A stretch of 64,000 bases of DNA from positions 62,186,001 through 62,250,000 of the forward strand of contig NC_043010.1 of assembly GCF_006345805.1 (NCBI RefSeq), in the 5' to 3' direction. A program made the position numbers and the translations under genes. This DNA is from Octopus sinensis (taxonomy: Eukaryota). The notes below the pieces were generated by a model. The model was not told the origin of the DNA. It saw only the letters and a program-made list of their open reading frames with translations, and made no database searches. Below are positions 12,225-23,767 of this stretch, in pieces (positions within the stretch are counted from its first letter, which is position 1; every line of letters starts with the position of its first letter).

Positions 12225-14693
12225 TTATGTTTTTCGATTGGAATGGAGTGAGGAGGAAATAGAGTGCGGGTGATTAGAGATAGGGTGGTGCTGTTGCTTG
12301 TGTCCGTTCGACACGGTGTTGGGTATGTTGGGGATACTGGACATGTTGGGCCAGCCAGTGCCCAAAATAGGGGGGATGGGGAAGCTGCGCGACCACAAGT
12401 AATTGTTCTCCCAGTTGGGGGGTATCTCGTGGAGGTAGGCCGGTGCCATCCAGCTGGGTGTGACCGACGGGGCCTGGAGTCGGACACTGTGATTCTTGGA
12501 GTCTCTAGGGTTCATGTGATGAAGGTTTTGTGGCTGGGAGGTCGGGTGGCTGGGGAGGATGCTGGCCATGTTGCTGTGGCTGTGGCTCCTCATGTGGGTC
12601 TGACTGGGAGCATCCGGGTGGCTTGTGCTGCTACCCTCAGTGTGTGATGGATCTCTGGATTTCAAAGAAGGGTTGTTAGTCTTAGGCGGTGGGCTCCTGC
12701 GTGTGTTGCAAGGGAACGATGGAGGAGACAGGTTCGAAGAGGACATCTCTGACCCCGACCTGTCAGCGATTTGCGGGGACGTATAGTCTTTCCCTATGTT
12801 AGATTCCTTAGAGGTGGTCAGGGCCGACGATCCAGCAGTGGCCGATGGCTTTGAATAGAGTTCACAACCAGTGCGAGTGCGTTTGTGATTGTTTAGATTG
12901 GCCCTCTGTGAGAAGCTTTTCCCACACACGTCACATTGAAAAGGTTTCTCCCCCGTGTGTATGCGAAAGTGAGTTTTCAGATTTCCACGCTGTGCAAATG
13001 TTTTGTTACACACAGTGCAATAATAAGGTTTCTCCCCAGTATGAATGCGTTCGTGATTCTGCAAACTGATTTGAAGAGTAAATGCCTTTGAACACATCGA
13101 ACACTTAAACATGTTCCCGTTATGAATACGCCTATGGTTATCCAGGTTCGTCTTCTGACTGAACGTCTTCGGACAGAGTTCACATTGATAGGGTTTCTCG
13201 CCTGTGTGTGTTCGCATGTGCAACTTCAGGTTGCCCTGCTGACTGAAGGACTTCCCACAAGTTAAACACCTAAACGGCTTCTCTCCAGTATGCGTTCTCA
13301 TGTGATTCTTCATGTTTATCTGCAAACTGAACGCTTTGGGACAAAACGAACACTTGAATGGCTTCTCACCGGTGTGAATACGTTCGTGGTTGCGGAGGAA
13401 GAAAGCATTGGCAAAGGCCTTCTTACAGAATTGACAGTAGAACATGTCTCCGGTGTGCAGGCGTTTATGGTCCTCCAAGTTGACCCGTTGACTGAACGCT
13501 TTGCCACATGTCTGACACACAAACGGTCGCTCTCCAGTATGATTCCTCATGTGGAGTTTCAAGTTTCCTTGCTGACTAAAAGCTTTGCCACATGTTAAGC
13601 ATGTGTAAGGCTTTTCCCCGGTGTGTGTCCGGTGGTGATTCTTCAGTGCCGTTTGCTGACTGAACGCTTTGGGGCAAAACCCACACAAGTACGGTTTCTC
13701 ACCTGTATGGATGCGTTCATGATTGCGTAAGTTAATTTGCAACGTGAAAGTCTTCGAACACGTCATGCAACTAAAGAGGTCACCTGTATGTATACGACAA
13801 TGGTTCTCCAAGTTGGTTCGTTGGCTGAATGCCTTCGGGCATAATTCGCATTGATAAGGCTTTTCGCCAGTGTGTGTTCTCATGTGTATCTTCAGATTCC
13901 CTTGCTGGCTGAAGGCTTTCCCACACTCGACACAGGTGAAGGGTTTCTCCCCTGAATGTATTCTCTGGTGATTCTTCAAATTAATTTGCAGGTTGAAGCT
14001 CTTGTTACAGATCTCACACGTGTAAGGTTTCTGTTGATACTCGCCCCCTGCTGTGTGGGTAAGTTCGTGGTTTTTCAAGTGGATTTGCTGAGCAAAGGCC
14101 TTCTTGCAGAAAGTGCAGAAGAAGCATTTTGCAGAGTTGCTCGAAGAAGTGGGGACATTGGGGATTAGGAGGGGCGGGATAACGCTGTTGGAAGAAGAGA
14201 CGGGAGGAGTTCGGGTCGGGTTTGAATGTGGGGTTGATTTCAAACTCGACACATTGCCAGCATCGTCTCCATTATCACTTCCGTTCATAATTGCGCTGTC
14301 AGAGTGAGGTGGAGACTGCAAAGAATGAGTTGAGCTGGAATTGAGAAGCGGATTCATGCCATGAGGTTGCTGCTGCTGCTGTTGTTGTTGTTGTATAGAA
14401 TCCAACATGTTGCTGTTGTTGTCATTGCTGTTGTTGCTGCTGCTGGCTCCGCTGTTGCCATCAGACGACATCCTCGGATTGGCCGACATCGTATGGGGAT
14501 AGCCCTTTTGGCAGAAATTACACCTACAAGACTTCCCGCCAGTGTGGCGCTGGCCCTGTTCCGCATTTGATCCATTCTCATGCTGGTTCAGCTTCAAAGA
14601 GTCTTCACCTCCGTAGAATAATCCAGGAGGATTATGTAAATCTAATCCGTATTGGTTATTGAATGGATACATTTGGTTAGATAGATTAGACAT
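12225..14693 (-). CDS. Multi-C2H2 zinc-finger transcription factor, 822 aa, single coding exon (ZNF-1 here)
   Basis: Uninterrupted ORF with 14 CxxC-x12-HxxxH fingers, mostly TGEKP-linked, and a 15th whose last His is Arg (HKRTRTGC). The N-terminus is Q/N/S-rich and the C-terminus is P/S/H-rich. Confidence 0.95.
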   Translation of the reverse strand: MSNLSNQMYPFNNQYGLDLHNPPGLFYGGEDSLKLNQHENGSNAEQGQRHTGGKSCRCNFCQKGYPHTMSANPRMSSDGNSGASSSNNSNDNNSNMLDSIQQQQQQQQQPHGMNPLLNSSSTHSLQSPPHSDSAIMNGSDNGDDAGNVSSLKSTPHSNPTRTPPVSSSNSVIPPLLIPNVPTSSSNSAKCFFCTFCKKAFAQQIHLKNHELTHTAGGEYQQKPYTCEICNKSFNLQINLKNHQRIHSGEKPFTCVECGKAFSQQGNLKIHMRTHTGEKPYQCELCPKAFSQRTNLENHCRIHTGDLFSCMTCSKTFTLQINLRNHERIHTGEKPYLCGFCPKAFSQQTALKNHHRTHTGEKPYTCLTCGKAFSQQGNLKLHMRNHTGERPFVCQTCGKAFSQRVNLEDHKRLHTGDMFYCQFCKKAFANAFFLRNHERIHTGEKPFKCSFCPKAFSLQINMKNHMRTHTGEKPFRCLTCGKSFSQQGNLKLHMRTHTGEKPYQCELCPKTFSQKTNLDNHRRIHNGNMFKCSMCSKAFTLQISLQNHERIHTGEKPYYCTVCNKTFAQRGNLKTHFRIHTGEKPFQCDVCGKSFSQRANLNNHKRTRTGCELYSKPSATAGSSALTTSKESNIGKDYTSPQIADRSGSEMSSSNLSPPSFPCNTRRSPPPKTNNPSLKSRDPSHTEGSSTSHPDAPSQTHMRSHSHSNMASILPSHPTSQPQNLHHMNPRDSKNHSVRLQAPSVTPSWMAPAYLHEIPPNWENNYLWSRSFPIPPILGTGWPNMSSIPNIPNTVSNGHKQQHHPISNHPHSISSSLHSNRKT

Positions 14694-15183
14694 AATTAAT
14701 TACACATTGTTAATTAGATTGTTATTAGAAACTGATGTAGTAATTATCACAGAAACAGTTATGACTTTTGGTTAATTATCAGATGGCTTCCTTCTGCTGA
14801 CAGCATTTTTGTTGGTTGAGATACTTGTTTAAGACGATAGATATATTGAGCAATCAGAGTGAAACTGTTGTTGTGGATTTGACAATGTGTGTGTGTGTGT
14901 GTGTGTGTGATACTTTGTGACTGTGTCTGTGTGACTATACCGTGTGTGTTTCTATTTGTATATATTTAGTGAATGGACTCTGTATATGTGTGTGTGTATG
15001 TGTGTGTTCCTTAAGTGTATGTGTCGTCTGGCTATGAGTGTGTTTGTGTCTGTGCACGCTATATGGAAAGTGGTTCAAGCGTGTGCAATATTTATATGTG
15101 CTGATATATAACCAGATGTATATATATGTATGTATGTATGTATATATGTATGTATATATGTATGTATGTATGTATGTATATAA

Positions 15184-15205
15184 CTGCAGGGACATATAAA
15201 TTATA
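15184..15205 (-). promoter_or_regulatory. Candidate splice acceptor for the ZNF-1 coding exon
   Basis: Minus strand reads tttatatgtccctgCAG, about 490 nt upstream of the ATG. The pyrimidine tract is weak. Confidence 0.3.
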
Positions 15206-17010
15206 TGTTCAGATTTGTGTACATGTATGTATACATTTGCACTGACGTACTAATGTAACTTTAATACAACCAGTAGACTGTGTGTGTTTATGTGTATAAA
15301 TCTATGTATATCTATATGCATGTATGTATATGTGTGTGTATGTGTATGTATGTATGAGCCTCTTTGTGTGTGTGTGTGTGTTGTTTTTAATTAGTGTGAG
15401 GAGAGCCAGTGACCATAGCAATGGTTTTAACAGTCCTCTTCTAGACTGGGGTGGGGGTGAGGTTTAATCTTCCATTTAAACTGTTGTAGTTTGGTAGGGA
15501 CAATACATGGGCCAAGAGTGAGTTCCAGAGGGAGACACAGCTCCAGGGAAGAAGGACTGGTAAAATCGTTTACATATTGTATGAATGCAGGTGTAAGCCT
15601 GTGTGTATGTGTATGTGTGTGTGTGTGGCAGCAGGTTGTCTATTCCTCAACACAAATTTTGTTACATGATACAAACTTGACGGACATAGTCTTTAGTTTT
15701 TAGTCTTTCGTCTTGGTATGATGGAAGAATTGTTGAATTTTAAAATAAACAAGAAATAAATTTCTAGGAAAATGATTCCAAATTATGAAGAAATTATAAT
15801 TAATTTTCTATAAATTGAAATCACATTTGGTGATTGATGTAGTCCTTGTGTGACATTTGTGTAAATGGTGAGCAAAAAAAAGTTCTGGTGAAGAGAAGAA
15901 GATGTATTGGAGAGGGGGACTGTTCGATCTGGGACAGTTGGCCCCTTCCTATCACAAAGCAGGTGATGTTATTATGTCTGTGTTGCTTTTTTTACATGAA
16001 GACCAGCAACGAGGCATTTGTGGAGAATTTCCACTGCAAATGTTGTTGTTCCTGTTGTGGTTGTCGTGTCTTCCTTCACCAGCAGGAAGATAAGCAACAA
16101 GATATTTTCTGAGGAAATACCACTGAAAATGTCGTTGTTGTTGATGTGTCCCACTTCAACTAAATGACGGTTAACTACTTGATATTTCTCGGGAAATTCC
16201 ACATAGCAATATTATTACGTCCAGGGGGAGATTTATCTCTCATCTACTTGATACCACAGAAACCAGAGTTAAGCACCAGAGCAAAGGAATCTTATGTTTC
16301 ATGAGAAGGTGGCTTAGTTTGTTTCAAACGCCACCCAGTTTGGCGGAAGTCTTCCAATGATTTAGACTTTGTCAGCAGAAAATATTTCTTGGTTAAGGAC
16401 CACTTGAGGAGATCCAGTTTTTTTTTTTGGGTAGAATGATTAAATATATTAGAATTTCGGTGAATGTTCTTAAGCATCAAGATTAAAGAATATTAGAGAA
16501 AATTGTAGAAGATAAAGTTATAAATATTACAGAAAGGTCCTCTTTCTTGCGGGGTCACTGGAATTTTAAAGAATGCTCTTCAAAATTAGGGCAGTGAAAT
16601 TTCTGGAAATATAACTTCGGAGATAGAAGAAGAAAGTAAATCTTCTGGAAAAGGTCTCTGATGTCAAAATGGCTCTAAAATAATTTTAGGGAAGAAAGTT
16701 CAAAATTAGGCTGTTAGACATCAGTGCAGATTCTTCAGAATAAGTGCTGGAGTTTCAGGTAAAGTTTGTCAAAATATGTGACTCTAGGAATACAGATACG
16801 GTTCATTGGAGACAGGTGCGAAAATATTCTGAAGAAGGGACTCACTTGATGTGAAGAAACTATGGTGTCAAGGTGAAGTTTGGATGTCGGTCTGAAAAAA
16901 AAAAGAAACAAATTAAAGAATTAGAATTAACATTATACATGCCTACATATATACTTATATTATATGTGCATGTATACATATATATACATATATATCCCCA
17001 AACAAAATAT

Positions 17011-17064
<54 letters not shown>

Positions 17065-17068
<4 letters not shown>

Positions 17069-17975
17069 TCATCATCATTGTTTAACATCTGCTTTCCATA
17101 CTGGCATGGGTTGGACGGTTTGACTGAGGACTGGTGAACCAGAAGGCTCCAATCTGATCTGGCAAGGTTTCTACAGCTAGATGCCCTTCCTAACACCAAC
17201 CACTCCGAGAGTGTAATGGGTGCTTTTACATGCCACTAGCATGGGTGCCAGTCAGGCAGTACTGGCATCGGCCACACCAATGACTTCACTTGACTCAATA
17301 GATCTTCTCAAGCTCAGTATATTGCCCAATGATTGAAGGGTACTCTTAACTGGGCCAGTTATGTGACACTGGCATAGGCCAGAGCTATGGTCTCACTTGG
17401 TTTGCCAGGTCTTCTCAAGTACAGCATATCTCCAAAGGTCTCGGTCGGTTGTCATTGTCTCTGTGAGGCCCAACATTCGAAGGTCATTCTTCACCACTTC
17501 ATCCCAGGTCTTCTTGAGACTACCTCTTCCACAGGTTCCCTCCACTGTTAGGGTGTGACACTTCCTCACACAGCTGTCCTCCTCCATACACAACACATGA
17601 CCATACCAACACATTCGTCTCTCTTGCACATCACAACTGATGCTTCTTCTGTCCAACTTTTCTCTCAGGACGCTTACACTCTGTCATGTTTGCATACTGA
17701 CATTACATGTCCAGCAAGGCACACTAGCTTCATTTCTTGCACGCCTACGCATGTCCTCAGCTGTCACAGACCATGTTTCACTGCCATGCAACATGGCTGT
17801 TCGCACACATGTATCATACATTCTACCTTTCAGTCTGAGCGAGAGGCCCTTTGTTACCAGCAGAGGTAGGAGCTCTCTGAACTTTGCCCAGGCTATTCTT
17901 ATTCTATCTAGCAGCTATGCTCTCAGAGCATCTCCCTCCCCACTACTGACTTGGTCACTTAGGTAATGGAAGCTA
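17065..17975 (-). mobile_element. RTE-clade LINE 3' fragment with its complete 3' UTR (the family B tail)
   Basis: Translates as IRIAWAKFRELLPLL...LHGSETW...RRMCWYGHV...KTWDEVVKNDLR, typical of an RTE ORF C-terminus, and continues into the family B sequence and (GAT)n. Confidence 0.9.
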
Positions 17976-18129
17976 TCAGTTATTTCTAGTTTTTCCCCTT
18001 GGCATGTGATGGAAGCTGTTTTCTGCACATATTTATATGCAATGGGTAAATTGTCACCATGTTATATTTTTGATTGCGTGCATGCACATTGTTTTTGATT
18101 TTGTTGACTACACAGTATTGGTTAGTTGG

Positions 18130-19329
18130 GCACCATCTGTGAGAAAAACTATGATGCAATTCACTCTGCCAGAAATTTACAAACAACATACTATGCTGCT
18201 TGGCATTCACACCAGAGCCTCTAATACAAACATTTCAGAGTGTTTGGGTGTCAATCTGAGGGTAGTGCAATCTGAGAACAACTATCAAGGGTGATAAAAA
18301 TCCAACATCTAGTCAACATCATGGTGTTTAGAGTGATCACTAGAGATGACAACATTATGCCTCCGTTCATCTCACACAGCCTCATACACAACATGGAGGC
18401 CTACATCAAGAGCCAGGAGGAGGTAGTGCAGCCCTGGGTCAAGAGGGTGGTTGCTGGAAGACTCTCTGTCTGGCAACAGGACTCTGCACCATGCCCCACA
18501 ACCAGAAGAACCCAGTCATGGCTGTCAGACAATTTCTGTGACCACATCACCCCTAACATCTGGCCACCTAACTCCCCAGACTGCAACCCCCTTGATTATT
18601 ATGTGTGTAGGGTGCAGTTGAGCGAGAGACCAACAAAACTCCTTGTAACAAGAAAGATGAACTGAAGGCAAGGATTATGGCAGCATTCACCAACTTAAAC
18701 ATGGAGACCGTCCAGAAGAGTTGCAGGAGATTTTGAAGTCATCTTGAGGCCGTAATTGAAGCTAATGGCGATTTTATTGAATAAATTTACTCTTTAGTAC
18801 TTCAAGACATTTTAATGTAATGCTAGTAAATATATCTGTTAAAAATCTGATGTCAGTGTTATTTTCATTTTTGCGTAATTTAGATGACAATATATTCGAG
18901 TAAAGATTGTTTGCCAACATAAGATGGCAGTCCTAGTTTAGGATGAATGTTGCTGTAATTTAGCCCCAGGAGACATCATCTCCAGTGGGGTATACGACAT
19001 GATCTGTGTCCTTATATTTTCGAACAAGGGAATCTAGCATCCCCACTCAGCTCAAAACAATATCTGTGTATTGCGATTTCCTTTCATAGTTTTGAGCTGA
19101 GTGTTGGTGCGAGATTCCCTTGTTCGAAAATATAAGGACACAGATCATGTCATATAGCCAGCTGGGGACGATGCCTCCTGGGACTAAATTACAGCAACAT
19201 TCGTCCTAAACCAGGACTGCCACGTTATGTTGGCAAACAATCTTTACTCCAAAGTACTGTTGCTGAATATCTCTCGTAGTGAGATTTAAAAGTAGTAATT
19301 TCCTAACAATATATTCATTGCACCCTGTA
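18130..19329 (+). mobile_element. Decayed Tc1/mariner DD37D (maT-type) transposon, 3' part, interrupted by a fold-back element
   Basis: WQQDSAP...WPPNSPDCNPLDY has 37 residues between the second and third Asp. A frameshifted tail ...EANGDFIE* ends at about 18783, and the terminus CACCCTG-TA at 19329. Confidence 0.85.
18898..19305. mobile_element. Family I fold-back element, copy 1, with an 11-bp target duplication
   Basis: Arms 18898-19058 and 19089-19249. ACAATATATTC occurs at 18887-18897 and 19306-19316. Confidence 0.85.
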
Positions 19330-19429
19330 AACACACACACACGTATGTGTGTTGTATTATTTTAACCCTTTTCATACAAAGCTACTCAAGACTGCCCTTA
19401 GTTCTATGATGCGATGCTTGTTTTAAAGT

Positions 19430-19770
19430 GATTTGAATTACAACCTGTCCATTTTCCGTGTTGGAGGGTTTGACTGAGGTCTGGAGGGCCAGCAGCTGTA
19501 CCAAGCTCCAATCTGATCTGACAATGTTTCTACAGCTGGATGCCCTTCCTAATGCCAACCACTTCAAGAGTGTAGTGGGTGCTTTTTATGTGCCACTGGC
19601 ACAGGAGCCAGTCAAGTGGTCCTAGCATCGATCATGTTCTGATAGTGCTTTTTACGTGTTACTGGCACAGGAGCCAGTCAGGGGGTACTGGCATCGGCCA
19701 CATTCAGATGGTGCTTTTTACGTGCCACTAGCATGGGAGCCAGTCAGGCGGACCTGGCATCGACCATATA
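19430..19770 (-). mobile_element. Family B copy with several GTGCC..GGCAC-type internal units
   Basis: Sequence similarity to the other copies. Confidence 0.75.
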
Positions 19771-20249
19771 TATATATATATTTTTATTATTAGTGATGGT
19801 TTAGAATAGCACTCTCAGGTTCCTAACAGGCAATGAACATAAAAATAAACTGTTTTGGGAAGACAATAGTGATTGGGTGGGTGACGTGGGCATACTTTTA
19901 ACTAAAAAATGGGTGGACAAGGTGACCGAGGTAGTCAGAGTGTGTGATGGGATACTTATGCTGAGACTAGTTTTACAAAGTAGAACAGTAACTATTTTTT
20001 CTGCCTATCCTCCTCAACTAGAATACAAAAAGAAACCAATAGAATAAGGCTTATACCTAACCTAGTGCAGGTTAGGTTTAAGAGGTTAGAAATGGCCAGT
20101 TTGAATGTAGAACATGTGAAATATTTGAGCTGGATTGGTTAAATGTCTAAAAACTCTTTCGAAATTTCCTTTCATTTTTCCCCACATTCACTTGTCTAGG
20201 TTCTCTGAGAGAACATATTTCAGTGACCAGAGACACGTTCATCTATTTT

Positions 20250-20602
20250 CTTTTATTTCTTTTATTGTGGCCATGGTAGGGCATCGCCTTGGAGTATGTT
20301 AGCCAAACAAATCAACCCTAAGACTTATTTTTTTCTAAGCCTCCATCAGTCTCTTTTGCCAAACCACTAAGTTATGGAGATGTAAACAAACCAACACTTG
20401 TTGTCAAGTGGGTGGGGGGGGGGGACAAACACAGACACAAAGACACACATAGATATATATACATATATAAATACTACAGACCGCTTTCAGTTTCTGTCAA
20501 CCAAATCCACTCACAAGGCTATGGGCAGAAGACACTTGCTCAAGGTGCCATGCACCATGTGATTGGGAAGCAAGCTTCTTACCACACAGCCACACCTGTG
20601 CC
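20250..20602 (-). mobile_element. Family A SINE
   Basis: Collinear with the full-length copies. Confidence 0.75.
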
Positions 20603-20616
20603 TATATAAAACATTA

Positions 20617-20876
20617 AAATAAAATAAATGCACCCTTTTAAAGCCTAGCCAGGCTCATGGGCCCGGTTTCCTGGTTTCAATGGCGTATGTGTTCCCCAGC
20701 TGGACGAGACACCAGTCCATCACAGCATTACTCATTTTTGCCAGCTGAGTGGACTGGAACAACGTGAAATGAAGTGTTTTGCTCAAGAACACAACACGTC
20801 ACCCGGTCCAGGAATCGAAACCACAATCTTACGATCATGATGCTGACACCCTAACCACTAAGCCATGCGCCTCCAC
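20617..20876 (-). mobile_element. Family J tRNA-derived SINE with a 13-bp TSD
   Basis: A-box/B-box-like head (TGGCTTAGTGG, GGTTTCGATTCC). ATATAAAACATTA occurs at 20604-20616 and 20877-20889. Confidence 0.85.
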
Positions 20877-21184
20877 ATATAAAACATTACCGAAAGAAAT
20901 TCAGCTGTGTCTTGCAATAAATACATTTAAGACAAAATGTTTTTCACAGACCCTTAAAATATTACTGTGACTCCCCACTTTATTATTTTGCTTCCATGGA
21001 CCCTGGAAAATTTAATATGGACTCTGTTGGATACACTATTGAAAGCCACAAAACTGTGGGATTCGCCTTGAGAAATCTTCTCACATAGACGTACAGTGCT
21101 AACAGGGAAAGAAGCAAATCAGTAGGAAATGAAAAGCGTCTTCTAGCAGCTGTGGTGGAATTTCTAAATATTCCAAACATGTAG

Positions 21185-21900
21185 TTTGGAGTTCAGTCCC
21201 ATCGCGTGACACCTTGGACAAAAGTTTTCCACTCTCAGAGAGTACCATTGCAAAACTATGTGGCACCTTGCGCTGACCAAAGCCTTGTGAGTGGATTGGG
21301 TAGACAGAAACTGAAAGAAGCCTGTTGTATGCATGCATGCATGTATGTATGTATTATGTATGTGTGTGTGTGTGTGTCTTTGTATCTGTGCTTCTTTCCC
21401 CACCACTGCATGGCAACCGGTGTTGGTGTGTTTATGTCCCCGTGACTTAGCAGTTCGGCAAAAAGAAACCAATAGAATAAGGCTTTAAAAAACTAAGCAC
21501 TGGGGTCGATTTGTTTGACTAAAGACCCTTCAAGGTGGTGCCCCAGCATGGCCACAGTCAAATTACTGAAACACGTGAAAGATAAAGGATAAAATAGCCA
21601 AACGAAAGCGTTTTGAGTCAATTTGACCGGCAGAAACTGAAAGAAGCCCATCGTGAATGTATGTGTGTGTGACATTGTGTGATTGCTGTAAATGAGTGTC
21701 ACTGTCGTACAAGCAGTGTCGTCTGTTAACAATTTTCTGTGAAAACATGTCTGCTGGTGAGGGAAATGACCTTCCATGGAAACAGGTGAGGATTGGTGAC
21801 AGGAAGGGCATCCAGCCGTAGAAAAATTCTGCTTCAAGAAATTATGCCTGACCAGTGAGAGCATGGAAAAGTGGACATTAAAACGATGATGATGAGGAGG
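21185..21900 (+). mobile_element. Family A SINE followed by an A-head/RTE-tail variant
   Basis: A-type body at 21185-21595, then GAAACTGAAAGAAGCCC...GGAAGGGCATCCAGCC...AAACGATGATG. Confidence 0.7.
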
Positions 21901-22315
21901 AGGAGGAGGGGAGAAGGAGGAGGATGTGTGTGTGTGTGTGTTTAAGAGAGCATTAACTCTAAATAAGGTCTGGCTTGGACCGTGATGACCTGTCCAGTCC
22001 AGCAAGGAACGATGTAAAACAAATAATGATTAATGCTGATGATGATGACGATGATGATGTGTGTGTGTATGTATGTGTCTATATAAATACATGCATACGT
22101 ATGCACACGTCTATTCCCGTATGTATATATATATAAATTCATTTATAAGTGTGTGTGTGTGTGTGTGTGTGCAGGTTGTAGACACCATTCAGTAAAGTGC
22201 TGCCAATGTAATCAATGGGAAAGCGGGAGTAAAGTACTTAAAGAGTCTGTGAGGAGTTGCCTTCCTGCTATAAAGTGGTTTTACTTCCCTACATTACCAA
22301 GGATTTCTGGACTGA

Positions 22316-22358
<43 letters not shown>

Positions 22359-22625
22359 CACTTCCCGACACCGTACAACTCAACTACTACTGGCGAAATA
22401 GCTCCGAACGATGATGGCTGGAGTCGTGGAGGTGAAGGTGGGAGGTGAGGATTGATGGGATAATAAAAGAGGGGGGAGTGGTTGAACCGAGTAGTTAAAC
22501 GTTGTGACAACGGGAGGGGAAGGGCGAGAGGGGGGAGAGAGGGAGAACAGCGTAGAAATGGGGGGGAGGTCAAGAAAGGGGAGAGCGGGCACCTGCCTAT
22601 GTTCGGCTTGCGTGAATATGTACGT

Positions 22626-22676
<51 letters not shown>

Positions 22677-22895
22677 CGTACATAGACACACCGATACACA
22701 TATTGATGTGTGTACATATCGACACACAAGCGTACAAACAGAACGTAAAATAAATATACACGAAAATGAAATACATGTAAATAATTGAACATTTAACATA
22801 TACACACGTACACATGTATGTATGTATTTATATATGTACAAGATGATATGAACACACTTACATACACACTTGCATACACACTTACACATATATAT

Positions 22896-22926
<31 letters not shown>

Positions 22927-23083
22927 GAGAGAGATGCAAATATGTATATGTAACATACATGTAGATATAATAACGCACGCACATACACATGCATATATAC
23001 ACGGGTGCATCTACCATATGTACATGTATATATATAAACATAATTATATGTGTTTGTGTGTGTATACACACGTGTGTATGTAG

Positions 23084-23142
<59 letters not shown>

Positions 23143-23607
23143 GGTAGATAGACACACACACATATACATATATATGTATGTATGTATATAATTATTTAGA
23201 TATATGCATGTGAGAAAATGTAAGAGGAGGGACAGAGAAAGTGAGAGAGGAGGAGAGAGACACAGAGAATGAAATGTAGATATTGAATAATCTTTTCAAT
23301 ATTAAAGACAGAGAAAGGCAGATTAATAGTGAGATAGAGAGAGAGAGACAAAGAGCATGTGTGTGTGTGTGTGTGTGTGCAAATAAGTATGTGTCCATAC
23401 AGATGTAACATTATTATGTGTGCGTCGATATTGTAATAAGAGCTGCGTACATGTATAAGTAATTTAATGTGTGTCAATATGAACTGCACACACACACATA
23501 TACTCATATATATATATATATATATATATAACATATAATATATAAATATATACATACATACACACACACATAAATATTCAAATATATATATACATATATA
23601 TATATAC

Positions 23608-23665
<58 letters not shown>

Positions 23666-23758
23666 TTATGTATATGTATATGTATGTATATATATATGCA
23701 TAAACAGATATATGAATGAGAAGCGGTCATTGATTGATGGGGGACGGGGGGCGAAGGA

Positions 23759-23767
23759 ACTTACCTC
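23759..23767 (-). promoter_or_regulatory. Consensus 5' splice donor; candidate end of a non-coding first exon (possibly of ZNF-1)
   Basis: Minus strand reads GAG|GTAAGT, with the exon ending at 23765. It sits in CpG-containing sequence without interspersed repeats. Confidence 0.5.

Noticed and set aside
12264-13598. Plus-strand and alternative-frame ORFs overlapping the ZNF genes (also 50670-53765)
   Set aside because: Shadow ORFs of the real coding strand.
14480-14545. Extra N-terminal zinc finger in ZNF-1 (HTGGKSCRCNFCQKGYPH)
   Set aside because: It has the CxxC but not the HxxxH pair at the right spacing; at most a vestige, so it was not counted.
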